Positions 38,961 through 52,078 are shown, counted from the stretch's first letter. The stretch: DNA of 64,000 nt from Laetmonice hystrix (GCA_965235115.1 OZ249446.1:13392001-13456000); one strand, 5' to 3'. Notes: generated by a model from the sequence alone, not told the origin. Translations and numbers: made by a program.

Positions 38961-39679
38961 ATTAGGTTTGGATCAACCGGACCTCCCTAGTATGACTATG
39001 ACAGCTTCTTGCTACCGATATTTCGGTTGCTAGCCGATATACTGCCTTTGAACACAGTATTAGACTCGGTGTTGAACCGGCTCAGCCAGTGGCCGGCCGG
39101 GCGGGCGGGACGCCGTGTGTAAAACTCCGCGGCAGGGGGCCGCCCAGCCACTGACTGGACACCAGGCTCATCACACCTGGGTTAAGTTGCCTTGACAGGC
39201 TAGGAAGTAGTACACAGAAAGAGGGCAGTGTGGCGGGCGGCAGGTGATGACCATTCCATCATGTGGGCGGACGGGGGGTTGTGAGGAGGTAGGGGATGTC
39301 CAGGGCCGACAGCCACGGCGGGGGATTACTCGGTTGTCAGTCTCAGAAGCCATTGAAGTGTAAAATGATTGATGCGTTGATAGGGAAGAACCCTTGTCCT
39401 CTCCTATCTCTACAAGCAACAAGGGGACGCAAGGCGGGTTCTCTCGTGTGGCCCAACGACACACATTACCCTCACCCACCTAGTGAGACAAGTCAGAACC
39501 CTAGGGCAGTTCTCCGTTTCGCTGCGGCCTAGCCCTGGGGGGGGGGGGGGGGTTGACTTGTCTAACTATGCCCACCTCAGCAAGGATTCTTCGTGCCATA
39601 TTGTTTCTGTCCCGCAGTTCCCGTGGGAATATTCCAGAAGACAAAGAGAAGGTTACGAGGGAGGATGTAGCAGGACTAA

Positions 39680-40035
39680 TGAAGGCCGTCGCAGTTCATG
39701 TACGAGTCTACTTTGTCAAGAGATATGGAGAAACCGTCGCAGTTCATATACAGGTCTAGTTTATCAGGAATGACACAGACAACCCACCGAGTCTATATAC
39801 GGGTCTAGTTTGTCAGTTGATATAGAGAAACCGTCGCAGTTCATAATATTATATACAGGTCTAGTAGAGAACCCACCCAGTCTATATATGGGTCTAGTTT
39901 GTCAATTGATATAAAGAAACCGTCGCAGTTTTTGTAAGGAGATATAGAGAAACCGTCGCAGTTCATATACAGGTCTAGTTAATCAGGAGATATGGAGAAC
40001 CCGTGGCAAGTCAGACACGGGTCTAGTTTGTTTGG
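39680..40035. repeat. Degenerate ~50-bp tandem repeat
   Basis: Recurrent GAGAAACCGTCGCAGTTCATATACAGGTCTAGTTT. Confidence 0.8.
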
Positions 40036-40394
40036 GGGACATACAGAACCCGTTCGTGCCCGCAATCGTTGGCCATGTTCTGATAAAACACGGAGGGGTT
40101 TGATCAGGGCGGCCTGTTCGGTCACTACATTAATCTTGATGGTGTGGCTAAGCACGATAACCTAGATATGACAGTGGGTGTTTATATTATCAGGCAGACG
40201 ATTGATTTGTCCCGATGATGTGAGCACAATCCAGCCAGGGTTCAGGATCGGCATCTTGGTGATTGGTCAGTTAGCTTGTGGTGTCCTGGTTTCTTTTCGC
40301 CAGGGTCAGTGCTGACCTCAGACCACACACACCCATCGGTCACCATCTGGTCAGTATAGCCATAGTACTCTCAGTCTACATGTATGTCAGGTCA

Positions 40395-40563
40395 ATGATT
40401 TACACATAGTGACTCTCAGTGTATCTCAAGTCAACGGTTTACACATAGTGATCAGTGTATCTCATAGTGACTCTCAGTGTATCTCAGGTCAAGGATTTAC
40501 ACAGATTGACTGTCAGTGTATCTCTGATGGACGATTTACATATAGTGACTCTCAGTGTATCTC
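40395..40563. repeat. Degenerate ~39-bp tandem repeat x4
   Basis: Recurrent TTTACACATAGTGACTCTCAGTGTATCTC. Confidence 0.8.
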
Positions 40564-40572
40564 TTACGCCTG

Positions 40573-41412
40573 GTTACGCCTGATGCCCGTGCATTTCAAA
40601 AGAAAAATACAGTCTACGCCAGTGCCAGGATGACCTTAACAGTCAATGTTCGGTAGAAATCATGGGTAGCTCTATCTAGGAAAATATGGATTCCGCCTAA
40701 TCTCGGAAGATGTGTGTATGGGGGAGGGTCCATTGTCCTGCTCGACCACCAAAGCTCCTTTTTTAGGGGAGTCGCGGTGGCCGAGTGGGCATGGGTGTCG
40801 ACACCTTATGCTATGCGAATGGGTGCAGTAATCTTGGGGCCGGGGTTCGATTCCTGTAGAGGACTATACAACTTTTCTCTTTAGGGACATTGTCAAAGTA
40901 ATTGGGTTACCCCTGATGCCCGTGCATTTCAAAAGAAAAATACAGTCTACGCCAGTGCCAGGATTACCTTAACAGTCAATGTTCGGTAGAAATCATGTGT
41001 AGCTCTATCTAGGAAAATATGGATTCCGTCTCATTTCGGAAGATGTGTGTAGGGGGGAGGGTCCATTGTCCTGCTCGACCACCAAAGCTCCTTTTTTAGG
41101 GGAGTCGCGGTGGCCGAGTGGGCATGGGTGTCGACACCTTATGCTATGCGAATGGGTGCAGTAATCTTGGGGCCGGGGTTCGATTCCTGTAGAGGACTAT
41201 ACAACTTTTCTCTTTAGGGACATTGTCAAAGTAATTGGGTTACCCCTGATGCTCGTGCATTTCAAAAGAAAAATACAGTCTACGCCAGTGCCAGGATTAC
41301 CTTAACAGTCAATGTTCGGTAGAAATCATGTGTAGCTCTAACTAGGAAAATATGGATTCCGTCTCATTTCAAAAAGATGTGTGTAGGGGGGAGGGTCCAT
41401 TGTCCTGCTCGA
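40573..41412 (+). repeat. 333-bp tandem array (2.5 copies) containing tRNA-like Pol III cassettes
   Basis: CCTGATGC at 40579, 40912 and 41245 (period 333). Confidence 0.97.
40771..40864 (+). pseudogene. tRNA(Ser)-like cassette or SINE head, copy 1 (copy 2 at 41104-41197)
   Basis: 5' GTCGCGGTGGCCGAGTGG and 3' GGTTCGATTCCTGT....GAC resemble eukaryotic tRNA-Ser ends. The acceptor stem pairs at only 3 of 7 positions and the middle is ~13 nt too long, so this is not a functional tRNA. TTTT at 40873. Confidence 0.7.
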
Positions 41413-41510
41413 AAAGGTGGGGTACATAGGGGTAATTACAACAGTCATTTGGTCCCGTGTCAGTCGTGTTGCCGAATCGAATTGGGCGGAGACAGAGCGT
41501 GGCTTATGTT

Positions 41511-41623
41511 TTGATTGGCACTGCCTGTAGTGATTGGCACTGCCTGTAGTGATTGGCACTGCCTGTAGTGATTGGCACTGCCTGTAGTGATTAAGCTTCC
41601 TGTAGTTATTGGCACTGCCTGTA
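41511..41623. repeat. 19-bp minisatellite, left block
   Basis: GTAGTGATTGGCACTGCCT units plus the variant GTAGTGATTAAGCTTCCT. Confidence 0.95.
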
Positions 41624-42345
41624 TTTTTCTTTTGAAATGCACGGGCATCAGGGGTAACCCAATTACTTTGACAATGTCCCTAAAGAGAAAAGTTGTATAG
41701 TCCTCTACAGGAATCGAACCCAGGCCCTAAGATTACTGCACCCATTCGCATAGCATAAGGTGTCGACATCCATGCCCACTAGGCCACCGCCACTCCCCTA
41801 AAAAAGGAGCTTTGGTGGTCGAGCAGGACAATGGACCCTCCCCCCTACACACATCTTTTTGAAATGAGACGGAATCCATATTTTCCTAGTTAGAGCTACA
41901 CATGATTTCTACCGAACATTGACTGTTAAGGTAATCCTGGCACTGGCGTAGACTGTATTTTTCTTTTGAAATGCACGGGCATCAGGGGTAACCCAATTAC
42001 TTTGACAATGTCCCTAAAGAGAAAAGTTGTATAGTCCTCTACAGGAATCGAACCCAGGCCCTAAGATTACTGCACCCATTCGCATAGCATAAGGTGTCGA
42101 CATCCATGCCCACTAGGCCACCGCCACTCCCCTAAAAAAGGAGCTTTGGTGGTCGAGCAGGACAATGGACCCTCCCCCCTACACACATCTTTTTGAAATG
42201 AGACGGAATCCATATTTTCCTAGTTAGAGCTACACATGATTTCTACCGAACATTGACTGTTAAGGTAATCCTGGCACTGGCGTAGACTGTATTTTTCTTT
42301 TGAAATGCACGGGCATCAGGGGTAACCCAATTACTTTGACAATGT
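41619..42345 (-). repeat. Inverted 333-bp array (2.2 copies) with tRNA-like cassettes at 41700-41793 and 42033-42126
   Basis: Reverse complement of the 40573-41412 unit, period 333. Confidence 0.97.
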
Positions 42346-42462
42346 AGTGATTGGCACTGCCTGTAGTGATTGGCACTGCCTGTAGTGATTGGCACTGCCT
42401 GTAGTGATTGGCACTGCCTGTAGTGATTGGCACTGCCTGTAGTGATTAAGCTTCCTGTAGTG
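42343..42462. repeat. 19-bp minisatellite, right block
   Basis: Same unit and the same AAGCTTCCT variant as the left block. Confidence 0.95.
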
Positions 42463-43804
42463 GTAAAAGAATAACATCTACCGTAGGTTACCCTGAGTCG
42501 TGCTGATTATACCACTATGTTCCGGTAGATGGCGCACACCCTCCTGCCTGGATTTATGTATCAAACATAGCCTTACTATGACATCATATTAGGGAATTGG
42601 GAAGTATCACGTGGCATGACCTTATTTCATCACAGCAGTTTTCTATAGTTCATTGTTTCTACATTTAATTTTTGGAAAAATAGTGCCGCCTTTACCAGTA
42701 AAGTGGAACACCCCGCATTAGGCTTGGGATAGAGTAGGTAATGCCAATTCGACGGAACAAAAAATTGACATAGTAATTTAGGCTTCAATTTTACCCGGAT
42801 AATAAGAAGGAATTTGGTTTACAGGGGATTCTGGTCACAACGGCCGAGAGACAGACAGACCTTGGCAGAAATCAGAAAACAGTGCCTCGGTTTCGGCTCT
42901 GACGATCAAAGGGAATCTGGTTGGCATGGGACTACAGTAGCTCCCTCTGGTGGAAGAATGCCCTGATCAAATTGCAATGGACACGGGCGGACTGGAAGAT
43001 TCTTTCTGTTGTGTCTGGTAGCATTGATATTCACGGAACATGTTGAAGACTGTGTGGAGAGGCAGCGGGTGGAAATACAAGCACATTTACTGGGTCTTTT
43101 GGTGTGTACCGTGTGTCTCTTGACGGGCGACTGACGACCTCCAAGGGACTCGACATCTTGTGTGTGATTTGTAAATCGGGGCTGCATTGGTAGTCAAAGT
43201 CGCTGTAATTGACATAGTTCCTTAGGAGGGGCAACGAAACGGGTCAGTCTGAACCTCAGGAACGGGCGGGGGGGGGGGGGTAAACGGACTAAGGGCATGT
43301 TTTGACCAACGTCATCTGCAGGGCCCTCATAGCACCGAAAGGTCAAGTACTAGTATTCCCCTGTGGCCTTGCCGGGTTCCCTCTCAGTAGGTGGTCGGGA
43401 GTTAGCCCTCATACCGGATTCCTTCTTAGTGAAAGGTAGGGTAGTTAGCTCTCATACTGGGTCCCTCCAAGTGGAAGATAGGGGAGTTAGGCCCCATAGC
43501 TGGGCCACATTATCAATCACCAACAGACTAACTGAGTTATAGACTAACTGAGTTGAACTCCTCTATGCATACCGACTGGCCGTAAAAGCCAGCCATCATG
43601 TATGATCACTGAGTTAATCTTCCAGGTAATACTTGTATTCAAATCATTACAATCAGAGATGTGTGCGGCGTGCAGCAATAATCCCATTGTCTCTCCATAT
43701 TCACGATCATCCTTGATTTCCTCTGACGGTTGTGTATTTCAACAGTTCGTGACGAGCGCTGTGGATTATTAACACCGTCATTATGAGACTATCGACGTTC
43801 GTGT

Positions 43805-44586
43805 CACGCTTCCAGACTGTCACTGTTAGCGAGTGCATGGGATTCGACGCTTCCAGACTGTCAATGTTAGCGAGTGCATGGGATTGGACGCTTCCAGACT
43901 GTCAATGTTAGGGAGTGCATGGGATTGGACGCTTCCAGGCTGTCAATGTTAGCGAGTGCATGGGATTGGACGCTTGCAGACTGTCAATGTTAGCGAGTGC
44001 ATGGGATTGGACGCTTGCAGACTGTCAATGTTAGCGAGTGCATGGGATTAGACGCTTCCAGACTGTCAATGTTAGCGAGTGCATGGGATTAGACGCTTCC
44101 AGACTGTCAATGTTAGCGAGTGCATGGGATTGGACGCTTGCAGACTGTCAATGTTAGCGAGTGCATGGGATTAGACGCTTCCAGACTGTCAATGTTAGCG
44201 AGTGCATGGGATTGGACGCTTCCAGACTGTCAATGTTAGCGAGTGCATGGGATTGGACGCTTCCAGACTGTCACTGTTAGCGAGTGCATGGGATTGGACG
44301 CTTCCAGACTGTCACTGTTAGCGAGTGCATGGGATTGGACGCTTCCAGACTGTCAATGTTAGCGAGTGCATGGGATTAGACGCTTCCAGCCTGTCAATTT
44401 TAGCGAGTGCATAGGATTAGACGCTTCCAGACTGTCAATGTTAGCGAGTGCATGGGATTGGACGCTTCCAGACTGTCACTGTTAGCGAGTGCATGGGATT
44501 GGACGCTTCCAGACTGTCACTGTTAGCGAGTGCATGGGATTAGACGCTTCCAGACTGTCAATGTTAGCGAGTGCATGGGATTGGAT
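43805..44586. repeat. 41-bp minisatellite, ~19 copies
   Basis: Unit GACGCTTCCAGACTGTCA(A/C)TGTTAGCGAGTGCATGGGATT(G/A). Confidence 0.98.
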
Positions 44587-47500
44587 TGGTCCATTGCTGG
44601 CAGCACCACTAGTAAAGGATAAACAGGTTATATGTCAACTTTATAAGCAGGTCGTCTCTTTAATAGCTGCTCGTTATAAGCAGATCGTCCCCGTTATAAC
44701 CCCTCTTTATAAGCAGCTCGCGACTTTATATGGCAACGTTTGAAGCAGGTGGTCCACGTCAAAACAACATCAGAGGATTAGTTTAATACAAAATGAGAGG
44801 GGTCTCATATATAAGTGAAGAGTCCCAATAATACAACTAACAAATACGTTAAGTTTTATTCAGGTCGGACGGAAGAAGTCCCCTCTTTCAATTTTAACGT
44901 GATCGATGAGAATATACAGTTTCCTTCGCCGTGAGAAATTATTCCGAACAGACCTTTGTAGCACACGTACGCCAGGAGACAGTTTCTTAAGTGTCTTCTG
45001 CAAAGTATATTTAATCGGCAGTCATGACAGGTGCTGATGGAGCTCGCTATAGGGACCATGCAGGAGATGGAGAAAGAGGCCATTCAGCACTTAGCAATCG
45101 TCTGATTAGACAGGACAGCCCAAGTTGACGTTTAATGAATACACAAAGACGTTGGTCTATAGTTTAAATTGTTTTAACTTTTTTTTATAAAACAAGAAGA
45201 AATTGGAGATAACGTTGAAATATGACATAATGCTTTTACTCTTTCTGTCTGCATTGAAAAGAAGTGTAATTTTCTCGAAATCAGAGGCGATACCAGAGGT
45301 AATTGATACATAAATACACACATAGATAACGTATTTGGCTTGGATTACCATGGTAACTTGGTAACACTTTTAATCTATTACTGCCGGGATAGCACAGTCA
45401 GTACTGGCCATCTCCATACTCTGAGGGTCGTTGACGAGTACCAATCGGGTTCCAAGAGCATTTTGCTGGTTGTGAGATCTAAACCTATTGAGAAGTCTTC
45501 AGGTGAGTTGTCTCCTGACCCACAGTCGAGTCTCACATGTTAAACCTTGATGGAGTACATGTAGACACAGTGTTTTCCATGCCCATGTCGTCAGCAGGGA
45601 CCGAGTAGAGGCTGGCCGGCTGTGAGTTATCTCCATGGAGATAGCTAATGGAGGCAGACAGGCCGTGAAACCACCGATCACTTACTCACACGCCGTTAAT
45701 GATGAGATAAACAACAGATGGACCGCTATCTTCAGCAAGCAGTGCCAAATACATGACGCTAGGTGGCGGGCCCAGTCACACCGCCATAACCTGGGAACCT
45801 CGACGACGCTTTGTGGCGAGGTGCGTGCCCCCTGGAAATAAACATTTCACAGATAAATCCTAAAATGAACAAGCAACCAAGCTGTACCTAAATTAGCGTA
45901 GTACATCTGCGACTAATGGCATAGGCTCTACACGTTCTACAAACCCCTGCTACATACAACCCCCCACTGTAGGCATTGTGTTTTTGGTGTGGGATTTTAA
46001 TGCTAATGTTGTTTATTTCACCACAAGATATTTACAAGGCACATTTGTACATTTGTACATAATAATAATAATAATTTTAGGTGGGTATACTCATTTTTTC
46101 CAATATAGAACAAAAATCTTAGGGAAACATCATCGGGACACATGACATGCGGGAGACATGGGCTTTTTCAGTATTATTTTTGGTCTGTTTATGAAATCTT
46201 GTTTTGCTAAATTTGGTGATTATGTTTTTATACTTATACTAACAAATGCAACCTCGACTACAATATTTGAGGATTTTGTAATTTGATGCTTACTGGTTAT
46301 TTTATTATCGTATAAAAATACAGAAATACAAAGGTGGAAATCTGGAGAAAAATACCCGAAGAGAGCTGTTATATTCTCACGTTTAAAAGTGAAATCGGTT
46401 TATTACTCTCCTGTAAGGTTGATCATTTAGAAGATACACGTCTTATCGGGAGGTCGGCGATATGTGTTGAAACAGGTCTGGCCAATTCCCGTGTTAAATC
46501 TTCCGGGTTTAGTTTTCGAGCCTGACAATGTAGTTATCTTCGCCACTAAAAGCTTTGAGATAAAACATCTGAGGCGGATTGACAAGGTTCTGACTAATGG
46601 CCTGTTACATAACACTAGGTCACGCCGGTCTCTATCGAGAAAAGGCTGTAAAAACATCTCTAATTTACCAACACGTTTAATTGAAAATCCTTGTCAGCGT
46701 CTACCATATAGCATAGTCGCAATAAATATACCTTGTGAAGCGACTCTACCTATTTCTTAGGAAATAATTTGTAGGAACCATTGTGTTAACAAGATTGATA
46801 AGAAATCTGAAATGATAGGAAGGACATCTTGATTAGAGATTGATTTTAAAAAAATCTGTGCTGGTAGGAATTGACAATATTTCTTGTGAATTGGCTTATT
46901 TTATTTCTACGTTTTTACCAACTTGTGACATATTAACCTCGTTATATTTTTAACAGCTTCTGTTCTGGGTCTTTATTTCAGTCATTGGATGCAATGTACC
47001 TAATTTCTCATCTTTGATTTCATTTTCAAACTTTTTAACATTTTCATCTCAGAGAATATAAATCAACAGGTGCAAAAAGAAGGGACATTATGTTTCGAGT
47101 TATATTCAGGCCTGATATTAAAATTTGGTATTTTACATGAGTTTTATAGATAATGCAGCGATTATACCCTTGACAGTTCATTGAAACATTGTCCTAACTG
47201 CAGCACTTATGTCCGTATTGAATGATTTAACGCCCCTGGATTTGTAAAACGCTACACGGATAACTTTTGGCCTCTTATGCGAACAGATGCTAAATCACCA
47301 GAAAACCTTTGTGGCACGACGCACAGATGTGATCAGGTTTGCCAATGTTAACCGGCGGCTCCACCCGAACCCCGTGCCGCTGACGTGGATCAAGTGAAAC
47401 CCAGTATGGCCAGGAGCTGCCAACAACTAGAACTTAACACTCAAACCGTTACTCCCACCGTTAACCACCGTTAACCTTTGACCCCTGCAGTCTTGATCTT

Positions 47501-47635
47501 TGACCCTCTGGCTTGCAGAAGCTGGGAGAATGATTATGGAGAGGAAGTTGCCTTGACTGTATTTTTTACCAAGGCGATTTTCGCGACTACCTGGTCTTCG
47601 TGTAGTTATGTATTCATCCAGGTTGGTAGCTGCAG

Positions 47636-48003
47636 AATAGGAGCAGTTAGGTCAGCTAATGTAGAAGTCCACTCCAACCAGAATAGGATAAGTTAGGTCA
47701 GCTAATATAGAAGTTCACTCCAACCAGAACAGGATCAGTTAGGTCAGCTAATGTAGAAGTCCACTCCAACCAGAATAGGATCAGTTAGGTCAGCTAATAT
47801 AGAAGTCCACTCCAACCAGAATAGGATCAGTTAGGTCAGCTAATAGGCCTATAGAAGTCCACTCCAACCAGAATAGGAGCAGTTAGGTCAGCTAATATAG
47901 AAGTTCACTCCAACCAGAATAGGATCAGTTAGGTCAGCTAATATAGAAGTCCACTCCAACCAGAATAGGATCAGTTAGGTCAGCCAGGTCCACTTTAACC
48001 AGA
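47636..48003. repeat. 46-bp minisatellite, ~8 copies
   Basis: Unit GAATAGGATCAGTTAGGTCAGCTAATATAGAAGTCCACTCCAACCA. Confidence 0.95.
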
Positions 48004-48974
48004 ATGTATAAATCTGTCCAATTATCTTCCTCAAGGCCTGATTCATATTCTTAACCGGGCAACTCCCATCACATGCAACTACAATTTCGAGCTAACAAAA
48101 AAGCCAAAGTGAGGAGGGAATGTGTGATATCTGGGCCAATAAAGTGAAGAGCGGAGTGGCTCTCCATCATGCCAGCATGCAGAGCCGGCCGGACTGAAGT
48201 TTTTCATCTGTAACGTAACTGTGCTGTCACAAGTAAGAAACGCTATACGCTCCTATAGTGACAACGGCCCCAGTCAGTCAGTGGTGGAAGTTAAAGGGAG
48301 TAGGCCTAAACGTGGATATCGCAGCCGTGGCTGTGGTGGTTAACTGACCCAATCTTCACATAGATAGAGAGCACTTCGAGGCTTCCAGAGAGACTGAGCT
48401 GTCCCTGATATTGACGCCGTGACCTTGATTGGTGAGTACAGCTTGGAAAACGGTAAAAATGACAAGAAATATCCTCATCTAGGATGTGGTCTGCTACTGT
48501 TGTAAGTGCAGCGCGTGATATAAATAGAGCACCATTCAGCAACACTAAAAGTGGCACAGTCAGTGGCACCTTTTTTTCCTTCTTCATAGAGTCGATGCCA
48601 AATTCGAGTATTGTGGTTTCAACAACATAGCATTTTGTTCAGTTGTGTATCTTATACGACTATGCTACTTTCACTGATTTTTCCATCGTGAAGCAATCTT
48701 TTCATTAAGTTTAGATGAGTGAGAATGCAGTTCACAACCACAGTTAGAGTGAGTGAACTTCACGTTATAGACTCAGGTAAATAAGTCAAAGGTATATGTA
48801 ATATTATGGATTGTTAAAGACGTAATGTGACCATGATGATGGTGATAAATGCTTGACGAGCATTTCATTATCTGACAGAGATGTGAATAAAACAGTTTAT
48901 GACATGTTGGTGTGGAATTCCACATCAGCATACACGTATAGGGAAACCATTGTATGAAAATTGTATGCTAAACG

Positions 48975-49233
48975 GGCAGAGGTCCACCTTTTAGTGCAAA
49001 GAAGTATATGTACAGCTAGGTTATTTTCGTGTCAGTTTTCAGCGGAGAGCAAAATCTCCTTCAATGAAAGCCCTGGCTAGACGCTTAGCTAAGTCTATTT
49101 TCACCCAAATCGTCTACTTTTTTAAATAAAATAATGGTGCAGTACTTTTTATAAAATAATAGTCCACTCCCTCAAAAAGGTCCACTTTCCCCCCAAACGA
49201 CCCACCCCTTTGGAAGTTCTGGCTACGGGCCTG
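48975..49233. mobile_element. Fragment of a hAT-like MITE (right end only)
   Basis: Ends TTCTGGCTACGGGCCTG (reverse complement CAGGCCCGTAGCCAG, a common hAT-MITE-type TIR) with repeated AGGTCCAC motifs; no left TIR seen. Confidence 0.3.
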
Positions 49234-51309
49234 TTAGTCTGTGAACGTTTTATGGTTAATAGAAGCATGACATCAGGAGCATCATAACCAAGTCTTACGA
49301 TGATTATTGATTTCATGGAACAGACAAAACCCGGCAGGATTTGTGGCCTGACGTGCGTCTTGCTAAACCTGTCCGTCTGACGGTTAGAGCATTACCAGCC
49401 AGCACTGTCACAACCCTCGTCATTAATTATCGTCATTAACACACTCGATCATCAAACACACCATTAGGGTCCAGGCGCTGGGGGTTACAAAGTACAAGGT
49501 TAGACTACACTAATTAACAGTTTTTGTTAGTTATAATTACATTGTATTGACGTGATAAACATACAATTAAAGACACGAGATTGTCATTGTCTGCCTCGTT
49601 ATAACTCGATCTTGGAGGCATTGGGACGGTTTGTGTCTACAACCATGTTGTTGATATTTTCCCGTTTCCCTATAATCACCAGTAGGTGTTGGTATGGACT
49701 TGTAAACAGCTGGACATGCCGTGTTATTTTGACAGGAACTTTCCCGCCTGGATACGGCGGCTGTCGTAGAAGTGTTGTGACTGTTTTGATGAGAAACACA
49801 TTTTGTTGACCGATGTTGTCATCGAGCATGCTTGGGCAGAGCTACCATTAACTCGGACTCCTATCGTGAAACATTTCACAATCACCAATCACTGTGCATT
49901 GATTGGAAATTTTGGCTTGGCTGCTTTCATTTTGTCCCTATCAGTTCTAACTGAGCAAATAAGCCTAATTATGAATGCTTATGGTTTATAATACATAATG
50001 TAACCTGGGCATGGAGAGCGCAATTTGGTCTCTATGATATTTATGTTTTCAATCTAAATGTTCCTGTTTTTTTTATAACTCACCACGTCGTAGGCGTTGG
50101 TGGTGACTTGGGTGGGGTCCCCGTGCAGTGAGCAGGCTTGATACGGAGTACGTATATCCTGGCACTACCGGGGGAGTCCGGAAACACGTGACCGGGAAGG
50201 GGCCGGAGGGAGGGGGCTTGTGGGAATGGTACCATTCTCTTGGACACTCTCGAACAACACCACTCATTACACACCACCCGCGCCACCTGGGGAGAGGAGC
50301 CCACACCAAGCTGATTGGGTCACATGACGGGGGAGCCGGAAATGATCGTCAGGGAGTGAGCGTTTTAACAACTGACGTGGAGGGCACAAAAAAACCCACA
50401 GGTTACCTAAGTCAGTACTGGCCTGTATGGATATACCCGGGAGACCCGTATATTAGACTGGCCTTGTCTTTCATACAGGGAATGGGTTATTGGTATTGTA
50501 TGTTTCGTCTACACTAGTTCTATCCCACTCCCCGAAATGTGAAATTGTATGCCTGACTTTGGAGATTGGGATTTAGTCTGTTGTTAAACGAGGATCCTTT
50601 CTCGCTCATTTTGTCAAGATATGAACATGAAACCCTTTGAGAAGTTTTACCTGAAGTGGAAGTACTACAGACAAAAAGGAATATGTCATGTGACATGCAA
50701 CATTGTGCGATGAAGTGCTAAAGACGTCAAGTTCAGAATTATCTGGCATACTTCCTAAGGCTGTCTGTATGTGAGAGGAATTTCGACGCGGTTCGCCATG
50801 GTTTCCTTATATTATCTCGTCATAGATACGGCTTAACATGAAAAATTATATGCATATATTTTAAACCAGACTCGGGCAATTTTGTGCGACAGATTGGTGA
50901 ATCTTCAATTTGGCGAAAGAGAAATAAATATTCAATGATGGATTAACAAATACCTTTGTTAGGGGAGGAACTATTCTGACCAATAAAATTGGATGGGTCT
51001 ACAGCCAGATTAAATGTATCTGCACTACAAAGGGGTTAGTAGTGTAGGAGTCATTCAGTTATCTGGATTCGACGTGATTGTACCTCATGGGCCACAGTAC
51101 GTTTCCCCTCTGTCAGGCTGATTGATCAAGCGGTGCTTTTTATCAAAGCCTGAACGCAAATCGAGTGGATGGAATCTCCTGGGTCAGCTGTTGTATTAGA
51201 GTGGTGGCTGGTCTCAGCATGAGTAACTGTTGTCCTGAGTCAGGAGACTGGCGGCGGCTAGTCTCTGTGTTAACTGATATACACGATCAGTTGGCAGTTA
51301 GCGCCCTGA

Positions 51310-52078
51310 GAGTACGGACGTCCACCATGGTTTGTATTGAGAGTACGGCCGTCCACTATGGTCTGTGTTGAGAGTACGGCCGTCCACCATGGTCTGTGCT
51401 GAGAGTACGGCCGTCCACCATGGTCTGTGCTGAGAGTACAGCCGTCCACCATGGTTTGTATTGAGAGTAGGGCCGTCCACCATGGTCTGTGCTGAGAGTA
51501 CGGCCGTCCACCATGGTTTGTATTGAGAGTACGGCCGTCCACCATGGTCTGTGCTGAGAGTACAGCCGTCCACCATGGACTGTGCTGAGAGTACGGCCGT
51601 CCACCATGGTCTGTGCTGAGAGTACGGCCGTCCACCATGGTCTGTGCTGAGAGTACAGCCGTCCACCATGGTCTGTGTTGAGAGTACGGCCGTCCACCAT
51701 GGTCTGTGCTGAGAGTACAGCCGTCCACCATGGTTTGTATTGAGAGTACGGCCGTCCACCATGGTCTGTGCTGAGAGTACGGCCGTCCACCATGGTCTGT
51801 GCTGAGAGTACGGCCGTCCACCATGGTCTGTGCTGAGAGTACAGCCGTCCACCATGGTCTGTGCTGAGAGTACGGCCGTCCACCATGGTCTGTGCTGAGA
51901 GTACAGCCGTCCACCATGGTTTGTATTGAGAGTAGGGCCGTCCACCATGGTCTGTGCTGAGAGTACGGCCGTCCACCATGGTCTGTGCTGAGAGTACGGC
52001 CGTCCACCATGGTCTGTGTTGAGAGTACAGCCGTCCACCATGGTCTGTGCTGAGAGTACGGCCGTCCCCATGGTCCAC
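51310..52078. repeat. 31-bp minisatellite, ~25 copies
   Basis: Unit GAGTAC(G/A)GCCGTCCACCATGGT(C/T)TGT(GC/AT)TGA; source of the spurious 247-323 aa ORFs. Confidence 0.98.

Noticed and set aside
39171-39300. PHCPLSVYYFL resembles the DIRS tyrosine recombinase CPV..L..YL motif
   Set aside because: Isolated weak match with no RHRY catalytic context.
40771-40864. Functional tRNA-Ser gene
   Set aside because: The acceptor stem pairs at 3 of 7 positions, there is no canonical anticodon arm, and the T-stem is weak.
46464-46760. DNVVIFATKS...HL...D resembles a MULE transposase N-terminal segment
   Set aside because: The diagnostic DGTF motif is absent and the similarity is too weak to support.
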